Below are positions 10,004 through 19,518 of a stretch of 52,430 nucleotides of DNA, piece by piece. Both the position numbers and the translations under genes were made by a program. Each line of letters begins with the position of its first letter. The stretch's first letter is position 1. The DNA comes from Candidatus Hodarchaeum mangrovi (GTDB lineage Archaea; Asgardarchaeota; Heimdallarchaeia; Hodarchaeales; Hodarchaeaceae), in the NCBI GenBank assembly GCA_016839515.1, contig JAEOUE010000138.1, forward strand, positions 1-52,430, written 5' to 3'. A model generated the notes under the pieces. That model had not been told where the DNA came from, searched no databases, and saw only the letters and a program-made list of their open reading frames with translations.

Positions 10004-11701
10004 ATGACCAAAAATATCAAAAATTATAGGTCAATTAGTATTATTGACTATCTTTCTGCCCTAAGTAGTAATAAGAAAATTATAAATGCTTTCTATATCT
10101 TGATTCTAATTTTTTTTCTATTTCTAATTCTAACACCAACAATATATGTATTATTTTATCTTTTTGAGAAATTTGATCTTGTAATCGCTTATTTTCAAGC
10201 AGAACCAGAATCATTCACTATGATTGCTGAAGCTTTGTATTATTCAGTTAGTGTTGCAGTTATTGTTTCAATAACTGACCTGATATTTGGTATCCCTTTG
10301 GCTTGGATGTTAGTACGAGGAAAGCTTTCTGTACGGGTTCAAAATATCCTAAATACATTCATTGAGCTTCCTTTAGCTGTTCCAACAGCAGGACTTGGTC
10401 TTTCGGTTGCATTGTTTTGGGGGAAGGTGCCTGATGTTACTGCTCCACCTTTTTCTTTAGGAATTATCACTTCTGCTCTTCCAATACTCATTCTATTTCA
10501 TTTTACTACTACTTTTCCTTATGTAGTTAGATCATTAGCGGCAATTTTAGAGGAAATTGATGTCTATCTTGAAATAGCAGGTCGAACATGTGGAGCCTCA
10601 GCTTTTACTGCAGCTCGTACAATCACAATGCCATTATTTCGTTCAGGTGTTGTCACTGCTTTAATATTGAGTTTAGCAAAGAGTCTGAGTGATACAGGAG
10701 GGGTCATGGCAGTTCTATCTGCAACCCAGATTTCTGTATGGACTGGAACAGTTTTAATTGGAACCTGGAAACACGACATTGACATTGTTAAAGGAATTAA
10801 TCTTGATTTAATTCCCCCTTTAGCATTTTTATGTGTTACAATGATATTAATGGCACTTATTTTAATGACAGCATCACGATTAATTGTTAGAAAGGGAAAA
10901 GTTCCGGTAAAAAGAGTCTGGACAACAACTGAAAAAAAATTGAGTTCTGAATTTAGTGTAAAGTCTAGAAATATAATAACACTTCTTTTCCTCACCTTTT
11001 TTGTCATTGTTCCATCCTTCTTCCTAATATTATATATACCAATTGGAATAACTGGGCCTCCGTTAATCATTGATTGGGGACGATTTGTTCAGAGTATTGT
11101 CAATTCATTATTGGTAGGTGGTATAGCAACTTGTCTGAATGTCATTCTAGGAGTTCCTATGGGGATTTTTATTTCTCGAAGGAAAAGTAGATTCAGTAAA
11201 TTTTTTGATATATTGGTTGATGTTCCTTATGTTGTCCCATCGTCTGCTTTGGGTTTTTCTGTCGGATTATTTTGGGGTGGGCAACAATTAATTGTGAACG
11301 AATTATTCTTTGTTATAATGGCTCATTCAGCTATGACTTTCCCTTTCATTGTCAGAAATGTTATTGGAGGATTAGAAGATTTAGATTTATCCTATGAAGA
11401 TACTGCAAGAACCTTAGGAGCGAAATCTTTTCACATATTTACTTTAATTACTTTACCAATAATAAAATTCTCAATTATTGCAGGAATAATTATGTCTTTT
11501 ACACGAAGTGTAGGAGAAACTGGTGCAACTTTAGCTGTTGCTTCAAATTTTGAAACTGCTCCTATATTTATTGTAAGGTTGATTGGTGAAAATCAATATT
11601 TTGGAGCTTCTCTGGCAATAATCGTCTTAATCATAATTACTAGTCTAGTAATATTCACGTTACGAGCAGTTTTCGGACAGAAAAAGACTAAGAGGGAATA
11701 A
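10004..11701 (+). CDS. Fused double ABC importer permease (CysT/CysW-, ModB/WtpB- or FbpB-like)
   Basis: Two permease repeats: ELPLAVPT...EIAGRTCGAS and DVPYVVPS...EDTARTLGAK (EAA loops), with SFTRSVGETGAT. Confidence 0.88.
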   Translation: MTKNIKNYRSISIIDYLSALSSNKKIINAFYILILIFFLFLILTPTIYVLFYLFEKFDLVIAYFQAEPESFTMIAEALYYSVSVAVIVSITDLIFGIPLAWMLVRGKLSVRVQNILNTFIELPLAVPTAGLGLSVALFWGKVPDVTAPPFSLGIITSALPILILFHFTTTFPYVVRSLAAILEEIDVYLEIAGRTCGASAFTAARTITMPLFRSGVVTALILSLAKSLSDTGGVMAVLSATQISVWTGTVLIGTWKHDIDIVKGINLDLIPPLAFLCVTMILMALILMTASRLIVRKGKVPVKRVWTTTEKKLSSEFSVKSRNIITLLFLTFFVIVPSFFLILYIPIGITGPPLIIDWGRFVQSIVNSLLVGGIATCLNVILGVPMGIFISRRKSRFSKFFDILVDVPYVVPSSALGFSVGLFWGGQQLIVNELFFVIMAHSAMTFPFIVRNVIGGLEDLDLSYEDTARTLGAKSFHIFTLITLPIIKFSIIAGIIMSFTRSVGETGATLAVASNFETAPIFIVRLIGENQYFGASLAIIVLIIITSLVIFTLRAVFGQKKTKRE

Positions 11702-11702
11702 A

Positions 11703-12920
11703 TTGAGTAATGGAAACGAGGAATTATACGATAACGGAGCAACAAAACCATTAGTTAAAGAATACCTTCCTTGGGATCTTGCAGGACAGAGTGAATTCCG
11801 AAAATATCTATGGAATTTATATTCTAAAAATTCTATAAAGATCCGTAACCTAACTGTGAAATTTGGTAAGAAAGTTGTTTTGGATAACATTCATTTAACT
11901 ATCCATCCTCAGGAATATCTAGTTATTTTAGGTCCGACAGGTGCTGGAAAAACAACGCTGTTGAGAACAATAGCTGGATTAATAAACCCACACACGGGAA
12001 GAATTTCTCTGGGTGATTTTGATTTATTAAAATTACCACCTGAAGATCGAGAAGTGGCATATTTACCTCAGAATTATTCACTATTCCCCTATTTAAATGT
12101 ACGTGATAATATTTTATTTTCTCCAAGGGTTAAAAAGACGAAGACCGAAGAAGAAATGTCTCAATTAGTTACTGAAGTCTTAGATATGGTTGGACTAAAA
12201 GATCGTTATGATGCTTTTCCTAATGAATTATCGGGGGGAATGATGCAACGATGTGCGTTAGCACGTGCTATTGCTGCTGATACAAAAATCTTTCTATTAG
12301 ATGAACCATTAAGGGCTCTAGATGCAAGACTAAATATCCAATTAAGAACAGAAATTCGAGCATTGATAAAGGAACTAGGTATAACCACCTTACATGTGAC
12401 ACATGACCAAGATGAGGCTCTTGCTGTTGCTGATCGTATTTTAATTCTGAAAAATGGAAAAATTTCTCAAATGGGGAAACCATACAAAATCTATGATAAA
12501 CCTCAAAATTATTTTTCAGCTTATTTTATTGGAGAATCCACAATTTTTGAGGGAGAGGTTACAGAAGTCACTGAAGAATGTACATTTGTAACACTTGTTT
12601 CAGGTCATAAATTATTGTGTAAGCCCTCAGAATTAAAACCAGGAGATGTTGTTAAAGTTCTTGTGAAAACTGAAGATATTACAGTAAAGAAGTCGATAGA
12701 AGAAGTGGAAGATTTCACAGGTGATAATTCGTTTCAAGGGATAATTTCTGATCAAATTTTCCTTGGAAAATTTACAAATTTATTGATTCAAATAAAAGAC
12801 ATAACCCATCCAATTATTGCACGGATTTCCTCATACGATAGTGATATTTACAAAATTGGGGATGAAGTAATTGTATACATAAGTCCGCATAGCCTCAATC
12901 CTTATGAGAGGGAAAGATAA
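11703..12920 (+). CDS. ABC importer ATP-binding subunit with TOBE domain (CysA/PotA-like), about 45-aa N-terminal extension
   Basis: GPTGAGKT, LSGGMMQR, LLDEPLRALD, VTHDQDEA. Confidence 0.9.
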   Translation: MSNGNEELYDNGATKPLVKEYLPWDLAGQSEFRKYLWNLYSKNSIKIRNLTVKFGKKVVLDNIHLTIHPQEYLVILGPTGAGKTTLLRTIAGLINPHTGRISLGDFDLLKLPPEDREVAYLPQNYSLFPYLNVRDNILFSPRVKKTKTEEEMSQLVTEVLDMVGLKDRYDAFPNELSGGMMQRCALARAIAADTKIFLLDEPLRALDARLNIQLRTEIRALIKELGITTLHVTHDQDEALAVADRILILKNGKISQMGKPYKIYDKPQNYFSAYFIGESTIFEGEVTEVTEECTFVTLVSGHKLLCKPSELKPGDVVKVLVKTEDITVKKSIEEVEDFTGDNSFQGIISDQIFLGKFTNLLIQIKDITHPIIARISSYDSDIYKIGDEVIVYISPHSLNPYERER

Positions 12921-14014
12921 TGCCAAATATTATAATTAAAAACCTTTCCAAAACTTTTGGGCATGTAAAAGCTCTAATTAAAGTTAATTTAGAAATTCAG
13001 GACCAGGAGTATGTTGGCATTCTCGGACCATCGGGTTGTGGCAAAACTACTCTAATAAACTGTATTACAGGGATTGTAGAACCTGATGAAGGATCAGAAA
13101 TTCTTATAGATGGAAGGAATATAATAGATCTTCCCATTGAAGATCGTGGTTTTGCAATGGTATTTCAAAGTATTACTTTGTTTCCTCATATGACAATTAA
13201 AGAAAATGTTGAATTTCCAAGTAGAATGACCGAGGTTTCAAAGGAAGAGATTGATAAAAGGACAATTAAAGCGTTAGAACTGGTTAATATATTAGCAGAA
13301 AAGAATTTGTATCCTCGTCAATTATCGAGTGGTGCCCAACAGGCAGCAGCAGTAGCTAGAGCGATCGCAAAAGGATCCAAGCTATTAATTCTTGATGAAC
13401 CAATTTCTGCTTTAGATGCTAAAGTAAGAACAGATCTACGTTATAGAATACGAAGTCTTGTAAAAGATCTTGGATTAACTGCCATTCATATTACTCACGA
13501 CCAACAAGAATGTCTATCAATCTCTGATCGTGTAGTATTAATGAAAAATGGGCGCATTCATGAGATTAATACTCCAAAAAATATGTACGAATACCCTAAT
13601 TCACTATTTACTTTGAATTTTGTAGGAGAAACAAACTTTATTGAAGGCTATATCTCCGATAAATTTGATGGTTCTGTTCAGCTTAAATTAAGAAATGATG
13701 TTACTTTAAAAATGAAGAATCAAGAGAATAAAAATATTGGTGAACCATTAGTCTTGGCAGTAAGACCTGAGAATGTAAGAATAAGTAGGAGAAAAAGTGG
13801 TGAAGAAAGCATTAAAGGAAAAATAATTGACTCTAGGTTTGCAGGAAGTTTCTATAGATTACAAATTCGATTGAGAACTGATGATATTATACTAGCGGAC
13901 TTCAAAGGGCCATTAAAACTAAATACATTGGTATATGTGTCATTTGACCCTTTAAGAACACAATTATTCCCCGTTCCCGAAGATGGATTAATGGAGGAAA
14001 TTTCTCTTGAGTAA
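12920..14014 (+). CDS. Second ABC importer ATP-binding subunit with TOBE domain
   Basis: GPSGCGKT, LSSGAQQ, ILDEPISALD, ITHDQQE, VRPENV; TAATG coupling to the previous gene. Confidence 0.9.
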   Translation: MPNIIIKNLSKTFGHVKALIKVNLEIQDQEYVGILGPSGCGKTTLINCITGIVEPDEGSEILIDGRNIIDLPIEDRGFAMVFQSITLFPHMTIKENVEFPSRMTEVSKEEIDKRTIKALELVNILAEKNLYPRQLSSGAQQAAAVARAIAKGSKLLILDEPISALDAKVRTDLRYRIRSLVKDLGLTAIHITHDQQECLSISDRVVLMKNGRIHEINTPKNMYEYPNSLFTLNFVGETNFIEGYISDKFDGSVQLKLRNDVTLKMKNQENKNIGEPLVLAVRPENVRISRRKSGEESIKGKIIDSRFAGSFYRLQIRLRTDDIILADFKGPLKLNTLVYVSFDPLRTQLFPVPEDGLMEEISLE

Positions 14015-14723
14015 AAAAGAAAAAAGTATGCTGAAATGGTTTAAAGAAAGAAGAAATACAAAAATCAAGCAGCTACTTTTACAACATGCAATAAAGGTCT
14101 TTGATGCTACTGCAGCTGGACAAGAATATCTAGATATAATCACAAGAGAGAATAATCCTCAAGATCCAAGATTAAAATCTATAATAAATCGAATTATAAG
14201 TTTAGAACGTGATGCAGACAAAATCGAGATTAGGTTAGGAAATGAGATTGCAAAGGGTTTTTTACCCTCAACAATACGTCAAAATTTATTTCGATTGTTA
14301 AAATCTGATGATTCAACAATCAATTTAATGAAATCAAGTATGAAATCATTGCATTTGCTGAATAATACAGATGATGAAGTCCCTATAAAAATTTTGGAAT
14401 ATTTTAAACAACTTTTGAATTTAATTCACGATTCAATTAGAATAGTTTGGATTTCGATTGAAAATCTTGGAGAAAATGACGAAATTATACTCTCAAATAA
14501 AGAAACAATCCTTGAGAACGAAAAAAAAGCAGATACTTTATTTTTAGAAGCAAAAGAAAAGATTCTAATTGGAAGAACACGAAGAGAACCTTTTTCAGCC
14601 ATTTTAAGTTTAATAGAGATCGCCACTGATTTGGAAATAGCTACTGATTCAGTTCGTGATACTGCTGAATTCTTAGTCGTCATTGTGAAAATAGGAATCG
14701 CAATTAATAAAGAAATCAAATAA
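14007..14723 (+). CDS. DUF47 / PhoU-like protein (copy 2)
   Basis: LERDADKI, NEKKADTL, LEIATDSVRD; N-terminus (SMLKWFK) resembles copy 1 (SLLHWFK). Confidence 0.8.
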   Translation: MSKKEKSMLKWFKERRNTKIKQLLLQHAIKVFDATAAGQEYLDIITRENNPQDPRLKSIINRIISLERDADKIEIRLGNEIAKGFLPSTIRQNLFRLLKSDDSTINLMKSSMKSLHLLNNTDDEVPIKILEYFKQLLNLIHDSIRIVWISIENLGENDEIILSNKETILENEKKADTLFLEAKEKILIGRTRREPFSAILSLIEIATDLEIATDSVRDTAEFLVVIVKIGIAINKEIK

Positions 14724-14807
14724 ATAAAATGAATCATGATCTTTGGATATAATGAAAAGAAATTTAAAATTTTCTTCCTTATATCGAAGATAAATAGAGA
14801 AGAAACA

Positions 14808-15383
14808 TTATTGCTTTTTTAGAATTCTGGAAACAAAGAAAAGAATGATGAGGAACTCTGAAAGATAGAATGAGGGGAAATAAACCTCATGAGGGGAAGT
14901 ATAAAAAATGTAATCCTTCCATTCATCCCAATGGACATAAACCTTATTAACCTGACCATAAGCAATGACTTCTCCAACATCTATAGCTGTTTGATCTACG
15001 ATTAGAACAATTCTGATTCGAATATTATTAGAAGGACAGGTGATATTAACTATCATATAAGAATTAGGAGATAGAGAAACAGGTAATCCATCCTCCTTAA
15101 TCTGTTGTTGTTGTGTCGAAGCAACACATTCCGTTCCTAAAATAGTGAAATTAAGAATGATCTCCTCTATTTTAAACGTTTGAGAACCATTATTGGCAAT
15201 ACCTAAAGAGAATTTACTCGAGGAGTAGAAGTCACCGTGACCTCCTTCTCCAACTGGACATGAACCCCAGCTAATGGTATGATTAAAAATAACCAAATCA
15301 ATGTCAATCTCATTCGTAGAGGAGACACTACCAGAGAGAAGAACCAAGACAAACAAAAATATTGTGATTAAATATTTCATCAT
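14808..15383 (-). CDS. Secreted hypothetical protein with signal peptide and C-terminal membrane anchor
   Basis: Hydrophobic N-terminus, beta-rich core, C-terminal FPSF...FLIILFFVSRILKKQ. Confidence 0.65.
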   Translation of the reverse strand: MMKYLITIFLFVLVLLSGSVSSTNEIDIDLVIFNHTISWGSCPVGEGGHGDFYSSSKFSLGIANNGSQTFKIEEIILNFTILGTECVASTQQQQIKEDGLPVSLSPNSYMIVNITCPSNNIRIRIVLIVDQTAIDVGEVIAYGQVNKVYVHWDEWKDYIFYTSPHEVYFPSFYLSEFLIILFFVSRILKKQ

Positions 15384-15731
15384 AGTTCAAACGGATAATT
15401 CTAAAGGAAATATGAAAAGACCTGTAGAATATTTGCTTTTTGCACTTATAAATTTTTATTTTAATAAAGCTCTAGAAATTACTAGAGTGGATGAAATTCT
15501 TAGTTAAAGCTAAATTAAAATGACTAAACGAGATAAATGAATTCATTTCTCTTTTTCTAACTGAAAAATGTAAAGGAATTCATCAAAAATTGTATATGGG
15601 AGAAATCTAAATTCTATACTATTAGCGAGAATTAAGGTAGATAAATAACTTTAAATCTAAGCGTGTAAGAGTCAGCCTATTAGACAATATTCAAGTCTAA
15701 ACTTAAAATAATGAGAAAAGGTGAAAAATAA

Positions 15732-15935
15732 ATGGGTGCATTTCAAAATGCTCGTGTACAAAAATTAATTCAGAATGCGGGTGCTTTTCGAATATCTAAT
15801 AAAGCAATTCTACAAATGAACGAAATTTTAACTGATTATGGAACAAAAATTGCTAAATATGCTGTTGAAATAGCTAATCATTCTGGCAGAAAGACAGTTC
15901 AAGAATCAGACATAATATTAGCCAGTAAAAGATGA
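15732..15935 (+). CDS. Archaeal histone (HMf-like, tailless)
   Basis: 67-aa histone fold: GAFRIS.KA, IAKYAVEIANHSGRKTV..SDI.LA. AGGTGA SD upstream and T-run downstream. Confidence 0.92.
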   Translation: MGAFQNARVQKLIQNAGAFRISNKAILQMNEILTDYGTKIAKYAVEIANHSGRKTVQESDIILASKR

Positions 15936-15940
15936 ATTCT

Positions 15941-15962
15941 ATCTTCTTTTTTTTTGATTTTA
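15941..15962 (+). terminator. Oligo-T terminator of the histone gene
   Basis: atcttcttttttttttgatttt directly after the stop. Confidence 0.55.
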
Positions 15963-16127
15963 TGACTATGCATTAAATTAAACTAATTGAAAATAATTCC
16001 CTTCCTATCAATACTAATTATCTTCAAACTGATTTATATTTTAAAAAATGCCATTTATTGATAGCAAACAAAAAAGATATATACCTTCAATAAATCAAAA
16101 AGAGTTTCTAAGATAGAAGGAATTATT

Positions 16128-16808
16128 TTGAGTAAAGAATTTTTAATGATTATCCATAAAACTTATTTAGATATAAGAAAAAGATTATTAGGATCTTTTA
16201 AAGGTGTTTTACTAGGATTCTTTGTTATAATTTTATTTGGTTTTTCCGTTTTCTTAATAAAACCTGATTTCGATATTTTTGATAATAGAGAAATTGAGGG
16301 AGAGGAAAATGATTTTAGCAGAGGTCTTGGATCCCCTGCCCAATCCATTATAATAATTTCAATTGTACCATTTGTTATATGGATTTATTTTAAGGAATTA
16401 ATTCAATATTTATTCTCATTTATCATGAATTATACAAATGAAAATACATCATTGACGATATGGAAAGAAAAAGAAATTTCAAAATTATATAAAAGCTATT
16501 ATTTTAAAATTAAAAGTATTTTCCTAAATATTCATTGTATTGGATGCATAATTTCTGTTTGTTTAGTATTTTTACATATGTATGGGCTTTTTAGTAATCA
16601 TAATGGTATTTCTTTTCTTTTTGCATGGATTGGGTTATTATCAGGAATATATATTTCCTTAACAGGTCTTATTATGCGTTTCCCTTGGAAAAAAGAAGCA
16701 AGAATTATCAGGAGATTTAAGAGAATTAGTCGAATGATTCATTTACAATTATTTATAGCAATTTTAGGGATAATTTTGATTCAAATTCATACCTCGTTTG
16801 CTGATTAA
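16128..16808 (+). CDS. Multi-pass membrane protein with paired intramembrane histidines (possible cytochrome b-like)
   Basis: About 5 hydrophobic segments; H-x13-H (IHCIGCIISVCLVFLH) and H-x15-H (IHLQLFIAILGIILIQIH). Confidence 0.55.
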   Translation: MSKEFLMIIHKTYLDIRKRLLGSFKGVLLGFFVIILFGFSVFLIKPDFDIFDNREIEGEENDFSRGLGSPAQSIIIISIVPFVIWIYFKELIQYLFSFIMNYTNENTSLTIWKEKEISKLYKSYYFKIKSIFLNIHCIGCIISVCLVFLHMYGLFSNHNGISFLFAWIGLLSGIYISLTGLIMRFPWKKEARIIRRFKRISRMIHLQLFIAILGIILIQIHTSFAD

Positions 16809-16950
16809 ATCTGTCCTTAAATCCAAAAGATTTTTTTAAATCCTCAATGAATAAAATATCAATGAAGACAGATTCTTGAACCTTTTCCATTGATTATGTC
16901 TCAAATGAACAGAAATTTATATCAGAACTAATAAATTAGGTGTACAAGAA

Positions 16951-18135
16951 TTGACATCACAATCCCCATTTTTTGAAATAAACCGTGAGGAATTTAATAA
17001 AGCTCTGCCATTATGTGCCGAATCAAGACATTTACAATTTACTATTGAAGCTGCTATGCATAAATCTCCTATGAGAATTTGGCTTGATAACCGAAATCAT
17101 CCTACGTGTGGTTTCATGTGGGATAATGCATGGATTTGCTATTTTATTGGAAAACCTTTAAATTCAACATTTATCATTGATTCTATTGAATTCATTAAAT
17201 CTGAGATAAAATCTCATAATCTAGCAAAAAATATTGCATATTTGAAAATTAGTTATTCTTCTCCAGAATGGGAAATATTTATTGAATCACAACTTCAAGA
17301 ATTAGTTCCTTTAAAAGAAGAACGGGTATTTTTAGTTTTAAAAGATTTAAAAAACCCAGAATGGAGTGATATGGTTCAAAATAATTATAAAATACAAAAA
17401 ATTACTCAAAAAATTCTTTCAAGTGATATTGATGGAGTAGAATCGATTAAAGATGAAATAAATCAAATGTGGGAAAATAGTAATGATTTCTTTAATTTTG
17501 GATTTGGATATTATTTACTTAAAGAAGAGGGCAATAAAAAGTCAATTGAAGGGTGGTGTACAGGAGAATATTTCAGACATTTAGGGAATTGTGGAATAGG
17601 AATAGAAGTATTTCCCGGATACCAAAAAAGAGGCTTTGGAACAGCTTTAGGCTCTGCATTTGTACAACATGCACTTTCTATAGGAATCAAGCCGTTCTGG
17701 GAAACATCACAATTTAATGAGGCCTCAATACGAACAGCTAAAAAAATCGGTTTTTCTCCTATTCAATATTTCAGTGTATACATATGTGCTTTTCAAAATA
17801 TCGAAGCTCATAGAGCTAATTACTATTTTAAACTTAAAGATTATAATAATGCTGCTCGTTGGTACGAAAAAGCAGCTGTAAATAATGAAAAGAAATTATG
17901 GTATTATTACAATGCTGCATGTTCATGGGCTTTAGTAGATGAATTAGATAATGCTTTTAGAAATTTAAAAGAAATACTAAAATTGGAATTTACATTAATA
18001 GAACTGAAAAAATTTACTAGATACCTTAAAGATGAAGTAGAATTTATTAATCTTCACAAGTCCCCAAAATGGAATATCCTTCTTGAAGAAATCGAGAAAA
18101 AGGAAATTTCCTATGAAAAAGAGAAATCGAGATAA
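16951..18135 (+). CDS. GNAT acetyltransferase fused to a C-terminal TPR-like domain
   Basis: IGIEVFPGYQKRGFGT...PFWE...NEASIRTAKKIGF; TPR-like YNNAARWYEKA...YYYNAACSWAL. Confidence 0.8.
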   Translation: MTSQSPFFEINREEFNKALPLCAESRHLQFTIEAAMHKSPMRIWLDNRNHPTCGFMWDNAWICYFIGKPLNSTFIIDSIEFIKSEIKSHNLAKNIAYLKISYSSPEWEIFIESQLQELVPLKEERVFLVLKDLKNPEWSDMVQNNYKIQKITQKILSSDIDGVESIKDEINQMWENSNDFFNFGFGYYLLKEEGNKKSIEGWCTGEYFRHLGNCGIGIEVFPGYQKRGFGTALGSAFVQHALSIGIKPFWETSQFNEASIRTAKKIGFSPIQYFSVYICAFQNIEAHRANYYFKLKDYNNAARWYEKAAVNNEKKLWYYYNAACSWALVDELDNAFRNLKEILKLEFTLIELKKFTRYLKDEVEFINLHKSPKWNILLEEIEKKEISYEKEKSR

Positions 18136-18141
18136 AAGGGA

Positions 18142-18885
18142 TTAAAGTAGATAGTTCTTTTTGGTTCCATAAATTATATCTTTAGCTTCTTCTAAATGAG
18201 ACTGAAAAAAAATCTCATCATATTTAGGTTCAGAAGAAGCCATAATCTGAAGAACACCTGTTGTCCGAAATCCCCCACGATTCAGGGCTGTAATTAGTTC
18301 CCGATCAATTGATGGACAAACAATGGAATAAAAAATGATTTCATCAAGAGAATAGGCATATCGTTCCCATATTTGGTTTTTTTCAAGAGAATTAATTACT
18401 CTTTTTCTTACATACTTCCAATTTTGGGTAAGTTCAAGCTTTATACGATCGATTAATAATATTAAAAGGTCAATATTACTATATATTGTCCGAAATGAGG
18501 AAATAACAGCAATAGGATAACATGGAGTATTTTTTTCATCGTGATAGACTTCTAACTCATCTTGACTAAAACTAAAGGGAACTAAAATATAATAACCCCG
18601 TATAATAACTATAATTTCACTTGTTTCTGGATCCTCACCCCAAAGAGTGAAAAGACGCGCACTTTTAGGATCAATATCAGGTATATCAGTAGCCCAACTT
18701 TGAATATTGGTAAAATCAAGATGGATTGGTCCTAAATCGGCAAGAACTGTTGCAGCATCGACACTTTTCGTTTGATAATATCTATCGATAACCGATTTAA
18801 GCTCAAATCGAACAAGACGATCCCTTTCAATGGAATGCTGACGCCCATCATAAAACCGTAGATTTTTAATTGTTTCCGTACTCAT
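18142..18885 (-). CDS. Hypothetical protein (possibly a degenerate GNAT-like fold)
   Basis: Long clean ORF. Start moved to ATG 18885 to leave room for a divergent promoter. C-terminal ELITALNRGGF weakly recalls GNAT motif B. Confidence 0.6.
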   Translation of the reverse strand: MSTETIKNLRFYDGRQHSIERDRLVRFELKSVIDRYYQTKSVDAATVLADLGPIHLDFTNIQSWATDIPDIDPKSARLFTLWGEDPETSEIIVIIRGYYILVPFSFSQDELEVYHDEKNTPCYPIAVISSFRTIYSNIDLLILLIDRIKLELTQNWKYVRKRVINSLEKNQIWERYAYSLDEIIFYSIVCPSIDRELITALNRGGFRTTGVLQIMASSEPKYDEIFFQSHLEEAKDIIYGTKKNYLL

Positions 18886-18933
18886 AGGCTTCAACCCCAA
18901 AATATTTAATTTTAAATTAATCGATTCCAATTG

Positions 18934-19518
18934 ATGAAAATACTTCTAAGTGCTGATTTCCACGGAGATTTTACACGACTTTTTCAGATTGCCAAGAATG
19001 CGGATATTTGCCTCTGTACTGGTGATATATTTGATTATCATCAATATCCAAAAAATTTTTCCTTTCCTATACCTTTTTATAGTATTAGAGGTAATAAAGA
19101 GATTTGGGGGGCCAATAACTTGGAAAGCAGATTGCATTCTTATAATAATTTCCATTGGTTACAAGAGTCTTATGATGAATTAATCGAATTAACTGGAATG
19201 TCTTTATTAGGAATTAATCACAATGAAACAAATAAATTACCTTCAAAAGAATATGATATGGTAATCTCTCATCAACCTGCGTACGGGTTTGCTGATCAAT
19301 GTAGTGATTCTTTCCATATAAAAATGATTAAGAATTGCGGAAGCAAAAATATTCGAAGATTAATAGATGAAAATCCTCCCAAGCTTTTTATTGCAGGTCA
19401 TGTGCACTATTTTCAACACCAAATAACTGATACGACAATATTTTATACTCTCGGACCAGCATTGACAAATCCTGTTTTAATACTTGATAAAAACAAGATA
19501 AAATTGTTTAATTATTAA
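18934..19518 (+). CDS. Calcineurin-like metallophosphoesterase
   Basis: ADFHG, TGDIFD, RGNKE, ISHQP, AGHVH. Confidence 0.88.
   Translation: MKILLSADFHGDFTRLFQIAKNADICLCTGDIFDYHQYPKNFSFPIPFYSIRGNKEIWGANNLESRLHSYNNFHWLQESYDELIELTGMSLLGINHNETNKLPSKEYDMVISHQPAYGFADQCSDSFHIKMIKNCGSKNIRRLIDENPPKLFIAGHVHYFQHQITDTTIFYTLGPALTNPVLILDKNKIKLFNY

Noticed and set aside
15301-15507. 68-aa plus-strand ORF upstream of the histone
   Set aside because: Overlaps the start of the opposite-strand gene; no SD or motif.
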